Notes: a model not told the origin generated them from the letters alone. Counted from the first letter of the whole stretch, positions 29,307 through 42,185 are shown. The stretch: DNA of 63,930 nt, filler included, from Cercozoa sp. M6MM (GCA_040357565.1; 13 parts of 13 records of this genome joined end to end with filler, not necessarily neighbours in it), one strand, 5' to 3'. A program made the numbers and translations.

Positions 29307-29738
29307 TGAACTAATTACTAATCCACCCATCCCATGTTAACGTACGGCACGGTTGGGCTCTAAGGCCTGTTTGAGAGAGCTTGCACTTTACAACAGCGAC
29401 TGGAAGGCGATCGCTACAATGTGCGAACTTTCTTGCAGCAAGCGAACCTTTTGCTTGGCCTTGGGCACACCTATGACCACAGGGTTAGAATCACACTGAG
29501 GAATGACACAAACCTACACACAAGAGCTGTACCAAAGGTTTCCTCGCCCTTGGCCACGGCGACAAGCTTCCGCATGCCGTTGTCGTACTTCTGTACACAT
29601 ACAAGTCGGAGTTATTACCAAGAATGCAATGGTACGTTTATATACAGCAATTGACCTCAACAGCAACGAGGGCATCGACGTCGTTCTGCGTCGCGCACTT
29701 CTGCTGATTCGAGAGCAAAGTGTATGACCGTGGGTGTA

Positions 29739-31204
29739 TTACAACATACGCAGGAGAAACACTACCGACAGGGTGGCTGCAATCACATCCAGCACAGCGG
29801 CAGAAACCTCCGTCGTGCAATTGCCAAAGGGCCACTTCCACACAGCACCGGCGAAACCCGGAGAGTCGCTGCGCAGTACCGGTGCTCGACTTGCATTCCG
29901 TGTGACACACTTCTTCCTCTTCAAAGTACGACGTACCTGTCCGTATCCGAAGGTCCCCAGCCGCCCATGTCACTAGGGATGTTGCCTGCCTCGATGCCTT
30001 CCATCTAAATGTACATAAAATATAATGTACATAGATACATTCGTCCACTGACATGAGAAAGCTACATTTCACCTCATCATCTGGGATAGCAAGGGCAAAC
30101 GCTTGTCGCAGGCCCTTTAAACCGGCGCACTCCTCGATCTTGTTGAACACACTGCGCGAGAAGTTAGTTGCACACCCAATCGAAGTCAGAAAAGTCACAG
30201 GAGTACATCTGAGCGACAGCCTTGGCCTTCTCGGGCGACTTTGTCTCTGTTCAATTGACGTGTAAACTTTACACTCAGGGGACAATATTGATCATGGCTA
30301 CTCGTGTCTGTGACAGCAACGGCTGCCTTCGCAACACCTGTACAGATACAGTATAGCTATATGTATGCCTCTGTGCACTCCAGTCGGAGACGTTACCCTC
30401 AACGTTCAACAGTGGGGCGTTGTCTTTAAGAAGCGCTGCCAGAGCCTTGGGCAGACCGCTCTCGATGGCGGCACTTCGAGTACACCAAACGCCGGTCAAG
30501 GAGAGGTGTATGTACGCCAACTGTAACTAGAGTACCTGAGAAGATCCGCCTTGGCGCTGTCTTCCAGGGCACCGTGTCTGTCCTCAAAGAAACATAACAC
30601 ATAGGATTAAAATGCAACACACGCACACACGAGCACAAGCACACATCTAACCTGGCATAGGCAAGTTCGAAGAGTTTCTCCTCGTGGCAACGCAGCAGTT
30701 TCGTGCACTCGAAACTCTTGTCACTGGAACACACATTTACAAGTTGATACTATGCAGAGTGCACAGACAGGTCAAGGGTAAAGCTGTACGATTCCTCCTC
30801 CTGCTCGTCCGCCTGCGCGTCCATTTGAGCGATCATTTCGCTCTGCTGATTCGCACCGGCAGTCGTCTTGAGAGACTCTGCATCCGCCTCTGCGCAGAGT
30901 CACAATGCCGCCAACATCCCCCCCCCCCCACACACACACACACACACACACCACACACACACACACCACACACACACACACACGCACATACACAGCAGTC
31001 TATTCAAAGGGTATGTACCATTGGCGGCAAGACCGGCCTCAATGAGCGCAGTAAGAAGCGTCACATCAGCCCAGTACTTCGCCACCAGTTCGATCCTGCA
31101 GATTGCATGTGTTTGTCAGTGTGTACTTTTTATATTGAGCAAAGCTACGGGCGAGTGCCTTCGTTGTCGCCCTTCTGGCACAGCTGGGCGTACTCCTCTT
31201 CACC
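29739..31204 (-). CDS. Hypothetical multi-exon protein, 5'-partial
   Basis: Coding-like minus-strand exons separated by GT-AG introns. No family recognised. Confidence 0.45.
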
Positions 31205-31251
31205 TAAGAGAAAGGTAGATTTTTTGTCAGTTCCTTGCTTAATGAAAACGC

Positions 31252-31300
<49 letters not shown>

Positions 31301-31400
31301 NNNNNNNNNNNNNNNNNNNNNNNNNNNNNNNNNNNNNNNNNNNNTTAATTAATTAANNNNNNNNNNNNNNNNNNNNNNNNNNNNNNNNNNNNNNNNNNNN

Positions 31401-32288
31401 GTTCTATCTTGTGACTCAAGTCCTCTGGCTGCAGGAGAAACGCAGTGCCTACGTGTCCAAGCAGTGGCGTCGCATGAGCAATCTGCGCACGCGCGTGCGA
31501 CGACGGCACAAGGAACGACAACTGCCGCCGCCACGTATGGGCGCCTTCGTGATCGAGTGCCCCTTTTTTACCCTCTCTTATCCCCTGTATGTGTATGGTT
31601 CTTTGTGCGTACAGGTACCTGAAACGCAGTGTGACCATCGCGCACTTGTGTCGCCAGTTGCAGCAGCTGCACGAACCACGTGTTGTCATCAACGACGTTA
31701 TTGCACTCACACTGCACGTTCTGGCACCTTCTGTAGTCTTACTCCCTCCTTCTCCAGTACTGGGCTGCAACTACCCCTACCGTAGGAAGGTCAAGCAGAG
31801 AGAATAGTGCAGCCGTACCATGCGTTGATTGTCCCTTCCTGCGATTACATTCAGGTACCTTCTGTTCGTGCTATTCTCACTATATATATATATATATATA
31901 TGTATGTATACGACAGGATGAGGAATTGGCGGCGTTGTCCAAGCTGGCCTGTGTCACTGTACTCTCATACGATACCTTGTCTGTTGCCCCTCCCCCCGAT
32001 ACCCCAAAAATCCCTTCCGCTAGATCTCGTTGCGGAGACTAGCGCCGCTGCTGCGACTGTCGTTGCCGCGTGTACTTCAGTTGGGCAACACTCTCGCCTC
32101 GCTGCCCGGTGTGCGTGTTGTACCGGCACTGCACGAGTGGTACCTGCAAACTGCGCAGCCTCTGTTTTGCCTCCTTTCCTGTTTGTGCAATATGAGGCAG
32201 ATTAACATACACAGGTCGGTATTGCGCACATGTGGTTTGCCTTCTGCCGCCTTGCAATTGACAGACAGGTAGAATCATTCTTCTGTCT

Positions 32289-32337
<49 letters not shown>

Positions 32338-32347
32338 NNNNNNNNNN

Positions 32348-32395
<48 letters not shown>

Positions 32396-33289
32396 CTGTG
32401 TCAACTACGTACCCGTTCAGGGAACTGTCGCTGCTGGAATTCTGCAGTCGTCGCGGACGCCGCGTGCGCGAGATTCTGCGGCGGCACAGCGGCACCAGCG
32501 ACGACAGAGAGCAGGCACACAAGGAATTGTTTCGCGTCATTGTGAGACACGTCGAGTGCGGTACCTGTCTCCTTTTAAATTATTGGCTGTAAGTTTTAGT
32601 TTTATCCTACCCACCTGCATTCTACCCTCTTAGGCAATCTCATCATCATGCGTGAGACGGCACTACTAATCTCGGGAGGACCTCTGGCTCGGCACACCAA
32701 GCCTGGTACATTTTCATTTTACGAGAGGACAGAGAGTAACAGGGGGAGTACCAGCAGGCAAGACACAGCTGTGGCCCTCGATTCTCGCGCAGCCGCGACA
32801 GGTGCGGTGGCACGACTTTGTCAGCACGGTGCGCAAGGAAGACGACGAGGATGAAGACGATGAGGAAGAGGAGGAAGACGACGAGGAAGAGGAGGAAGAC
32901 GATGAGGAAGAGGGGGAAAAACAGCATAAAGCAGAAGATGTCGAGAACGAAAATGTGCGAGCGCAGAGGCCCGTGTCGGATCTCGATTTGCATGCCGACG
33001 ATAACCGTGTCAGCATCGATGGTGATGTGCCTGTCCTGTCAGAGGCCGAGTTCCATTTACTCAAGAGGTACCTCTCCGCTGTACTGATCCTCAGTCTTAC
33101 CTTGCCTTGCGTTGTGTGGACAGTCTCGTACCGATGCTCGACGGCGACACCGGCACCGAGGAGATGGCGCAGCAGCTCCGTGTGCCCGTGCGGCGTGTCT
33201 GCGCCCTGCTCAGTCGTGTCGATGGATACGTGCTCGTGCGTGTGCTCGCTGATCACCAGTGCCATACTGACGGATATCGACTGAGCTGA
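31401..33289 (+). CDS. NPRL3: GATOR1 subunit NPRL3/Npr3-like, 5'-partial
   Basis: RVVINDVIALTL, IVQPYHALIV, SLRRLAPLLRLSLPRVLQLGNTL, an acidic insert, and a C-terminal winged helix LVPMLDGDTGTEEMAQQLRVPVRRVCALLSRVDGYVLV. This matches the NPRL3 pattern (RPYHALLL; F.GRHHLEEIM). Confidence 0.65.
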
Positions 33290-33631
33290 CGTGCGATGAC
33301 GGTGAGCGGAGGTGACAATCGAATGTGCCGCCCGTTCGGGGTGGGTTACCCAGGACATCTTTCTTCAAGGTTGTACCCATGTGCTTACGATACTAGTCAC
33401 TTAGTGTTGCATGGCCTATGTCGGAGAGTATTGCTTAAGTATGCTCCTTGCCCGCTTTTCCCAGCCAGATTGTCAATTGTCAAGTTGAGCGAACCGGAGT
33501 TCAGTCTTGGGACATCTGAGTCAGTTTGCTGCCGCGACTGAGGTCTGGAAACTGAGAGAAAGTGTAGAAAACTGACAAAGCACCCTATTGCTGGAGACGG
33601 GTCGGGCCCGGCGCCAAAGCATGCTTGCTCT

Positions 33632-34399
33632 TTAGTACTGTCGGTTTGAGTAGCGTTGACTGAGAGCATTGGAGTACGCGATGGTACTGCCGCCTTTCGA
33701 CCAGTATCCTAACACGATAGTCCAGATAAAGCAAAGCAGTACAGAAAATGAAACTACCGGCGTGAGCCAATATACCTGAGCTGCCGCTGCCGTAGTTGCC
33801 TCCCCAGCTGCCGTAGCCACCCCAACTGCTTGGGTCGTAGCTGTTGCTGTTTCCATATGTGTTGCCACCCCAGCTTCCTGTGCCGTAGCTGTTGCCACCC
33901 CAGCTTCCTGTGCCGTAGCTGTTGCCACCCCAGCCTCCTGTGCCGTAGCTGTTGCCACCCCAGCCTCCTGTGCCGTAGCTGTTGCTGCTGCCGTAGTTGC
34001 CACCCCAGCTACCTTTGCCGTAGCTGTTGTCGCTGCCGTAGTTGTCATAGGCGTTTCCGTAGCCGCTGCTGTAGCCAAGGATTCCGCTCAGGTCGAAGAG
34101 GTTGCCGTAGCTGCCGGTACTACCACCAACTGAACGAAAACTCGTTGTGTAAAGAGGGAAGCCAGGCAGTGTGGAGGGGAAGGTACCGCCAAAGCCGCTG
34201 CTGTAGCCCGTGTACGCTGCGTAAATTGATATATTGCCCAGTATCGATACACATCCCCCTGTAAGTGGAGTGAGAGACCAACGCACCGCTGCCACCGCCA
34301 CTGCTGTAATAGTTCGAATAGTTCTGTATGGTTTGCTTCTTGGCCAATGCTGGTCGCGAGAACTTGAGCAACAGCTCACCGGCGACGAGTGCCTTGCCC
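33632..34399 (-). CDS. Gly/Ser/Tyr/Asn-rich repeat protein (paralog A), 5'-partial
   Basis: GKALVAGELLLKFSRPALAKK followed by (GGNSYGTGGW/SW)n 30-nt repeats. Last exon GYWSKGG...YSNRQY-TAA. Confidence 0.7.
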
Positions 34400-34407
34400 T
34401 GCTCCCA

Positions 34408-34544
<137 letters not shown>

Positions 34545-34674
34545 NNNNNNNNNNNNNNNNNNNNNNNNNNNNNNNNNNNNNNNNNNNNTTAATTAATTAA
34601 NNNNNNNNNNNNNNNNNNNNNNNNNNNNNNNNNNNNNNNNNNNNATTAATAACAATTCGAGTCGATCGACGTCC

Positions 34675-36473
34675 TTAGTACTGGATGTGACCGTAGCCGT
34701 TGTCGTACTGGTTGTACGAAGCGTAGCTGTTGTCGTAGCCCTGCGAGTAGCCGCCGTAGCTGTTGCCAGAGCTGCCATAGGCACCAATGTTGCCGTAGCC
34801 GTTGTCGTACTGGTCGTACGAGGCGTACGAGTTGTCGTAACCAGCGTAGCCGTAGCTGTTGTCGTGGCCACCGTAGCTCGGCGCACCGTAGCTGTTGTCG
34901 TAGCCGCCGTAGCTGTTGTCGTAGCCACCGTAGCTGTTGTCGTAGCCGCCGTAGCTGTTGTCGTAGCCACCGTAGCTCGGTGCGCCGTAGTTCATGCCGT
35001 AGTCGCTACCGTAGTCACCATAGGAGTTGTCGTAGCCGTAGGAGTTGTCGTAGCCGTAGGAGTTGTCGTAGCCGTAGGAGTTGTCGTAGCCACCGTAGCT
35101 CGGTGCACCGTACGAGTCGTAACCTACACAAGAGAAATACCATCACTCGGTCCATATTTATTACTTTACAGGTAGATGCACTCTGTTGAGCTTAGAATTA
35201 AAAGTTAAATTTACCGTAGCTTGACTGTTCGTAGCCAGAGCTACTGCCGTAGTTGCTGCTGTAGCTACCGCCGTAACTGCTGCCGTAACCGTAGTGTTTC
35301 TGCGGCTTCGGCTTGCCCAATTGGGGACGCGCGAACTTAAGGATCAGTTCCGACACGGGCAACACCTGCGCGCAGTGTAGAAAGGATACTGATAAAGGAA
35401 CACAAGGTGAGCAGAAGTGTATTCAAACACAACAAAACAACCGACCGGGTAGGGACCGTCAGGCGCAGGGGTGGCCACACTGTTCTGCGGATCACCCGCT
35501 GCGTTATCGAAGCGCAGAAGGATGAGCACGATATTGTTGAACTGCCAGTTTTTGCCATTAACAAGTTGCTGCATCTCCTTGGACATGTCAATGTCAAGAA
35601 GTGCTCCCTCGACCTGCGACTTGACCAAACTGTCGTCCTTGCCAGTGATACCCTTCTTCAGCAGAGCGCCCACAGCCTTGCCGTCCTCACCACTACAACA
35701 AGAGCATTTCAGTTTTTTTACACGCCATGTTTTCACGGTGTCTCGACTCTAAAATAACTGTACCACTTGTTGGGATCGGCGGCAGTATCAACGACGTAGT
35801 TGGCGGCCGTGTCAGACAGAAGCTTTGGCAACGACGTATCGTCCACACTGGCCATCCAGAACTTGGCCACATCGTCATCTTCGACCACACCTTCGACACC
35901 GATCCGCAGCGAGGCACGCACCTTGCTCGCCTTCTTGACGATCGGCACGCGGAAGCCGAGCAGACCGGCGTGCTCGTGGTCACCGTCCAGAACTGTGGCA
36001 TCACCAAGTGCCTGGAACACTTCCGCGAACAGACAGATGGTGTCGTCTGACGACAGCACGTTGTTGGGATCGACAGCGCCGTCCTCGAGCACAGAGAGGG
36101 CCAGAGACGGCTTGGAAGACAGGCCCGTGCACCACTTGGGACCTGCCAATATCGTGGGCTTACATTTTCGTATATTCAAAAATAAAAGTCATATACACAG
36201 ATGAGGAGCCTTGGCGTTCATAGCCGACAGGCACTGCGAGGCACATCCAACGCCTGCGGACGGAGCGCTGTCGACGTGCTCGAGCGTAGCAATCTTCTTG
36301 GTCAGCGTTGTGAGCTGCGAAGCCACCTCCTCGAGAGTCATCGTAGCGTAGTCATCTTTGGGTGCCTTGGCGGGTGCCGGCTTCCCGCCGTACATGTTGG
36401 TGTATTTGTCCTGGCTCGGCGCGACATACTGAGCCGCAGAGGCAGCAACCATACTGGCAACAAAGAACTTCAT
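34675..36473 (-). CDS. Secreted protein: signal peptide, beta-sandwich-like domain and (YDNSYGG)n tail (paralog B)
   Basis: Signal MKFFVASMVAASAA, 5 exons, VSELILKFARPQLGKPK followed by Tyr/Gly/Asp/Asn/Ser repeats, ending GHIQY-TAA. Confidence 0.8.
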
Positions 36474-36795
36474 GACCGGAACTTAATTTAGTCGAAAACC
36501 GAAAACACGCGGGCGGAGCGATGACCTTCGGGGGTCCTACTGACGTTATGTGCCGAGTACAAGCACAAGCTACTGCACTAAGCGAAGCTGAACTGTGGCA
36601 GTGCGGACAGTTTGTTTGCGCGATTTGCGCAATGTGCGCGCGAAACGCTACTTTCAGTTGGCTCTTGCGCAAGAAACGCACTGAACTTGTTCTGTTTATT
36701 CTGTCACCGACAGCATGAAAGAAACGCCGCGCGGACTGTACAACACAAGGTTACGACACTGGAGGACATTGACTCGTAGAGGTAAGTTACCTGTC

Positions 36796-36862
<67 letters not shown>

Positions 36863-37019
36863 NNNNNNNNNNNNNNNNNNNNNNNNNNNNNNNNNNNNNN
36901 NNNNNNTTAATTAATTAANNNNNNNNNNNNNNNNNNNNNNNNNNNNNNNNNNNNNNNNNNNNCATCGGTATACTATAATATAAGGGATGAGGGGGGTAAG
37001 AATCCAGTGCTTTCGTAGC

Positions 37020-37456
37020 AGGAGCCAGCAGAGGGCCGTCGCTTCAAGCCGACGCTCAAGCGCACCAAGTCGTGTACACTGCAGTTTACCCCCCATAACC
37101 CATACACCCTTAACGTTAACCCCCACCCAGCACAACAATCCGGCCGACCGAAAAAGAAGGTCGAAAAAGCGCCGCTACCGGCCGCGCTGGTCGAGGCCGC
37201 GCCAAAGCCGAAGCCGACGCCCAAAAACAACAACAAGAACTCAAAAAGCAAAAAGAAAAACCACAGCTTGAAAAACAAAAACAAACAGAACAAGAACCGT
37301 CGCAACAACAACAACAAAAACAATAACGCTGCTACGCGTGGCCGAGTGCCCTCCGTGCGCGACCGACCGCCACCGCCGAAACGCGCGCGCAGCACAGCCA
37401 CCATCGGCGTGCCCTTCGCGCGGCCTCCGCCCGCGCAGTCACCGCCCGCGAGCTGA
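37020..37456 (+). CDS. 3' end of a K/N/P-rich low-complexity protein
   Basis: Basic low-complexity frame ending PPAQSPPAS-TGA, preceded by a C-rich intron. Confidence 0.35.
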
Positions 37457-37907
37457 GCTGATATGATACTATCAATCGTCACTTTCCGTTCAGTCGTGTT
37501 CGGGCCGCTGACTCCGCTTGGTACTTTCGCTCAACAGTAAGACATCACAGCCAGACTGGACTTGTCGCACCAACAGGTCTACTGTCGGCGCGTTGCAACT
37601 TAGAAGAAGAAAAACAACGTTACTAAGAATTTAAACGATCCTGCAAGAATTCAACGAAAGACTAAGTTTACGTATACAGGAAGCTAAGAAGATCGAAGAA
37701 ACGGTGCTGAAGAGACGAGTCACATGGTGGCCCGGTACCATACCTGTGATGTCGTTTAACAGATAAGCCACCCCAGCTCATTTGACTTCCGAAGTCGTCT
37801 TGTCCAAGCATCCAGCCTTGGTTTTAAGCTTGACCCATGATTCTTAGACAAAAAGTATAGTTTTTTCTATTTGTTTTATCTGATGAACAATCTTCAAAGC
37901 AAAAAAA

Positions 37908-38258
37908 ATGAGAACATCATCGAAGATTCTTAAGTCAACAGGAAGGTTCCTATACGACGTAGCTGTAAGGGCATTGTCAGATAGCATCGTTCATGTCGCA
38001 ACCTCCGCAATTGTCCCGGCAACTGTCCCAGCGGCTGCCGCAGCCCCGGCTATATCTGGAGCTGCGGTCGTCCCGGCGGCTGCAGCCCCGGCTATTCCAG
38101 GAGCTGCTACAGTTGTCTCGGCGTCTGCCGCGGCTGTTGCAATTGCGGTTGGGAGCCTCTGGATCTGGAGGAAACTGCAGTCCGTGGAGTCCTCCTCCAG
38201 ACAGCCAGAAAATGCAGAGGTCGAGATCCCGCTGCATTCAGAGCTTACCACGCAATGA
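37908..38258 (+). CDS. Small intronless Ala-rich protein with one predicted TM segment
   Basis: ATG in an A-rich context, internal repeat AAAAPAI(S/P)GAA, hydrophobic AAAVAIAVGSLWIW followed by RK. Confidence 0.35.
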   Translation: MRTSSKILKSTGRFLYDVAVRALSDSIVHVATSAIVPATVPAAAAAPAISGAAVVPAAAAPAIPGAATVVSASAAAVAIAVGSLWIWRKLQSVESSSRQPENAEVEIPLHSELTTQ

Positions 38259-38309
38259 GGTATTGGGTCATGTGCATGAGCTGCCATTGAGCTGCTGCTG
38301 CGAAAAAAC

Positions 38310-38430
38310 GCATTGGGTCATATCACAGAAAATACACCGGATCCCATTCCGAACTCCGAAGTTAAGCTCTGTCGAGCCCTCCAAGTACCGCGGTGGGAGA
38401 CTGCACGGGAACAGAGTGGTACTCAATGCA
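38310..38430 (+). rRNA. 5S ribosomal RNA
   Basis: 121 nt. The 5' GCATTGGGT pairs with the 3' ACTCAATGC. Contains the conserved CACCGGATCCCATTCCGAACTCCGAAGTTAAGC and the eukaryotic box C TGGGAGAC, and is followed by T6. Confidence 0.93.
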
Positions 38431-38436
38431 TTTTTT
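38431..38436 (+). terminator. RNA polymerase III oligo-T terminator
   Basis: TTTTTT immediately after the 5S 3' end. Confidence 0.8.
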
Positions 38437-39132
38437 GGAGGGTTTTCTTCTGCTCCTGTCGCGCGTGCTCGCGAATCGGCCCTTGAAGTAAATCTACAGA
38501 TGGTAAGCACCCCGCCCATCGTCTCTCTGGTTCCCGCTGGGTTTTCTTATAAGTGTATTCCAGGGAATACACCGTCGACCAGGGTGCACTAAAAGTGGCT
38601 TGGAAGCCCCCCCCCCCACACTTTTCGCGCGGGCGGCTGAGATCCACCCGTGTGTGTTTTGGCGTCTATGCCATGCGCACAGCGCAGGAAGTGTGTGAAC
38701 AGCGCATGTTGCGTAGTGGCAATGCGTGTAGTGTTGTGGAGTGAGTTGCCCCAAGAGGCAAGTGGGCACGATGTTGCTCACTCCGCTGGACCCAAAGACG
38801 TCCGCCGCTCGGGGAAGGTGTGCTACGTCGGCGCTTGATCACCGACTCCCAGACAACGGCGTGCTGTTATAGCTTCCCTGAGAGCATTTTAGAGCCTTAC
38901 AGCAGCCGTATTGACTGTGCTGGGTGTATCTGTGCTGCGGTAGTCGATGGCCTGGTTGCTGAGCTTCAACGTGCGCGTGCGCATCGTGAATGTAAGTTAG
39001 AGCCTGTTACAAAGCGTGTTTTCGCTTCTGGAAGGTTCATGAACTGCATCAAAATGGAAGCAAAGCACTGGTCTCGCTTGCTGGACGCGATGGTGGAGTA
39101 TGGAAATGAAGACACCAATGAATTACACCGAC

Positions 39133-41098
39133 AGTTAGTTAGTTGAGTCTTCTAGGAAACCAACTATGTAGTTCCCCTGCACCAGTCTGGGGTGGGTCAC
39201 AAGAGCATGGCCGTGTCTACCGCCCGCTTAGGGTAGGACCATACAACTCCCCTTTTGACGTTCCCCAGACACCGAAGTCGACTTCATGGTTGGTGCAGGT
39301 AGCGGGCTACAAGTAGAGAGGCGTCGCAGGCGGTGTCGGTCGTCCCGTCGTCGTCCTCCCGCTTCTCCACTCGATAACGAAGCAAGCAATCAGACATAGA
39401 CTTGGGGCCACCACTGCTGTGAGTGGTGGCCTAGTCTATGTCGGGGACCTCTCGGTCCATTACCTGCTGGGAGGCTGGTTGTCCTTCGACAGTTGCTTCC
39501 TCGTCCCAGGAGATCTTGGCGCCTTGATGCATTCTGTTGAGTGTTGCTAGGTTCTCAGGGTTGGCTAGTATGTCTTCAATTGTGCGCCATTGGGCCGCAT
39601 TGGTGTTGTGTCTGATAGCTTCCGTTACTTTGCATTCCAGCAATCGGTGGTACGTGTCGAGAGTGTCTTCTGCATTTTCCCAGGTACCTGCGCAGTCGGG
39701 GCATTCGCTTACTTCGCGCTTTTGTAGTCGTTGTTTGCATCCCTTGCAGTTGGGAGTCCTGAGTCTGCCTCTGGCTTTGCATTCATTGCACTTTCGCGGT
39801 ATTTGGGCGTAGTTGTAGTACTTGAAGCTTCCAAGTCTGTTGCAGAGGAATCTTGAGAGTGTGCGGATGTCTGCGATGCTGAGTTTGCGCTCTTTGGCTA
39901 TTCTGAGTAGTTCGTTTGAGTTCCTGATATGTTTCCAGGGGTTTCTGATGTGTGTTTTTCGTAGAGCTCTGACTCTGGCCCTTCTGAGAGGGCGTTGCGG
40001 TACATTGTTTTTGCTGTTTCGGGTCTGCTTTTTCAGTTTCTTGTGGTCTTTGTTTATTTTGATCCAGTTTCTCCTGTTGTGGTTGTTCCTTCCTTTCTTT
40101 GCTTCTTTGTCTGCTAGTTCGTTAAGGTGAATGTCGATGTGTGATGGTACCCAGTGTACCGTGATGTGCATGTTCTTTGTTAATTCCTTCAGTTGTGCAT
40201 CAATCTCATCCATCTCTGTTTTTTGAGGTGTTGTCAGGTGCAAGATTGTTCCTTTGTTGTCAATCAGGAGTGCGATACGGGTTTCTCCTTTTTCTTTAGC
40301 GTGTTTGATGCATTGCATTATGGCAACTCTTTCTGCATCATAGATAGTCGCGTTGGTGATTTTGCCATTGCCAGATCTTAGTCTTCCATTTACTGGTTTT
40401 CCTGATGTCCAGCCGTAGCCTGCTTCGCTTCCGGCAAGGCTGCCGTCAGTTGCGTATACTTGTTGTAACTCTGCTCTGTTCGAGAGGTCACGTATTAGTT
40501 GGAGCCACTTGTGCTTGTGGTGTTCAGCATCCGTTTTCCGTATTGACCATGTCTCGTGTTCTCTGGGTCTGTTCACTGTTTTGATGATCCTTCCGAGTAT
40601 CTTTCTCCTTCTTTGTGGTATTTCGCTCAGTTCAGCGTCGGTGATCTTGCGGTTTGTGGCTGCTCTTCTCCAAGCGGAAACTGGTGTGGTGTCAGTTTGT
40701 AGGCACAATGTGCTCTCTTTGGCGTAGTGATTGATTAGTTCTGTCGCTTCTGCTCGTTCTGCCATCTCTCCGATTGTTCCTGTGTCGGTGATGGTGTACA
40801 CTGCCTCGTTGGGAGAGCTCGTGGGTAGTCTCATGCAGATCCTCAAGGCGGTGCGTTGTGTTATTTCGAGTTTTCTCCTCCATTTTGTGCTGCCAATTTT
40901 GTGCCACCAGAGCGCGATGCCGTATCGAGCGCATGACAGTATCCATGCTTTGTAGATCTGTACCGCTAGGTATTGTGTGAGTCCGGACCTTGTGTATATC
41001 AGTCTTTTCAGTGTGTTGATCCTCCGAGTGATTTTGTGGTGTAGTTGCTCTGCGTGTGCCTCGTATGACAGGTTTCTGTCTATGAGGAGACCTAAGAT
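39133..41098 (-). mobile_element. Non-LTR retrotransposon (RNase H-bearing, I/Tad1/Ingi-group-like), 3' portion, with about 300-nt 3' UTR and (TAAC)n tail
   Basis: Intronless ORF with a distinct A-rich sense strand. The 3' UTR is repeated elsewhere in the window and the tail reads ...CAACTAACTAACT. Confidence 0.9.
39431..41098 (-). CDS. LINE ORF2 C-terminal part: RT thumb/connection, RNase H, Zn knuckle
   Basis: LGLLIDRNLSYEAHAEQL (RT domain 7/thumb), RNase H motifs ATDGS, YDAERVAI, LIDN and HWVPSHIDIHLNELADKEAK, and CPDC...HRLLEC. Confidence 0.9.
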   Translation of the reverse strand: MLGLLIDRNLSYEAHAEQLHHKITRRINTLKRLIYTRSGLTQYLAVQIYKAWILSCARYGIALWWHKIGSTKWRRKLEITQRTALRICMRLPTSSPNEAVYTITDTGTIGEMAERAEATELINHYAKESTLCLQTDTTPVSAWRRAATNRKITDAELSEIPQRRRKILGRIIKTVNRPREHETWSIRKTDAEHHKHKWLQLIRDLSNRAELQQVYATDGSLAGSEAGYGWTSGKPVNGRLRSGNGKITNATIYDAERVAIMQCIKHAKEKGETRIALLIDNKGTILHLTTPQKTEMDEIDAQLKELTKNMHITVHWVPSHIDIHLNELADKEAKKGRNNHNRRNWIKINKDHKKLKKQTRNSKNNVPQRPLRRARVRALRKTHIRNPWKHIRNSNELLRIAKERKLSIADIRTLSRFLCNRLGSFKYYNYAQIPRKCNECKARGRLRTPNCKGCKQRLQKREVSECPDCAGTWENAEDTLDTYHRLLECKVTEAIRHNTNAAQWRTIEDILANPENLATLNRMHQGAKISWDEEATVEGQPASQQVMDREVPDID

Positions 41099-41223
41099 NN
41101 NNNNNNNNNNNNNNNNNNNNNNNNNNNNNNNNNNNNNNNNNNTTAATTAATTAANNNNNNNNNNNNNNNNNNNNNNNNNNNNNNNNNNNNNNNNNNNNGG
41201 GGGGGGGGGGTAAGAGGGGGCCA

Positions 41224-42185
41224 TACCAGCGGAAAGCGCGCGCTCGCAAAGGTGGCGCGCCACGCCGCCTCCATGAGTCGCTCGTCCTCGCGCGCGTCGC
41301 CCGTCGGACCGCACTCGGGCCGCGGCGTGTGCTGCTCGAGAGTCATGGCACGTGCCACGACCGAAGACACCGTGCCCTGCAAGTCGACAAAGTTCGTCGT
41401 CAGCAGGTTCAGCAGCAGCTGGCGAAACGCCGCACATGTCGGCCGCTCCAGCGTCCAGTCGAAATTGCGCGCCGCTGTCACCTGTTCACACACACACATG
41501 TGCACACATGTGCACACACACACACACACACACATGTGCACACACACACACGCACACACACACACACACACACACAGCAACCAATCAGCACTCAGCACTC
41601 GGCACACAGCACAGCACACGCACACAGGCAGCTCACACGCGTGCACACACGCACCAGAAAGACCCGTGAGTGTACCAGTGCCGACACAGCTGCCTCATCG
41701 CGCGGCAGTTTCAGCAGTGAGGCCGTTGATGCCAGTGCCAGTAGCCACCTGGCAGTTGAATACCGAGTGATGACAGCATGGTTAAGGGGCCGGAGAGGGA
41801 CTACCTGCGCAGGTTCTGCTCCGATGTGCGCTCTGCGGACGGCACGGCGCAGTCGACAGCACGGACCACGCGACGCCAGGCGTCCGGCGATCCCGCGCGG
41901 AAGCGTTCCAGTGCCTGTGTGCCACAGTGTTTTGTCATGCCACACACACGTCACACACCGCAGCATTCCTCCAAGTTAAACGCTTTGCCACCAACGCACC
42001 TTTTCGGCAAACACCTGCATCTGATCAATCGCTTGACGCTCTTCTGCCACACTGCAGACAGCACCAAACAATTCCAATATCGACTGGAGAACTGGTAAGG
42101 GCACCTCTTGGCAGGCGCCGAAGTCGACGATTGACGCGCGCTGTCGCCGCCTGCGGCGTTCTGCATCACGCCCAGGATGGTCGAC
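41224..42185 (-). CDS. RNA polymerase I initiation factor RRN3/TIF-IA-like, N-terminal part (3'-partial)
   Basis: Spliced ARWLLALASTASLL...SALVTAARNFDW...AAFRQLLLNLLTT...TVSSVVARAM resembles the RRN3 HEAT-like N-terminus (WL..L...LI..IL..PW...YL.FL.NL.S). Start uncertain. Confidence 0.45.

Noticed and set aside
38437-39130. Spliced-leader RNA or snRNA gene linked to 5S; hairpin GTGTATTCC/GGAATACAC
   Set aside because: No convincing Sm site, leader/donor arrangement or U-snRNA motif was found. A single short palindrome is not sufficient.
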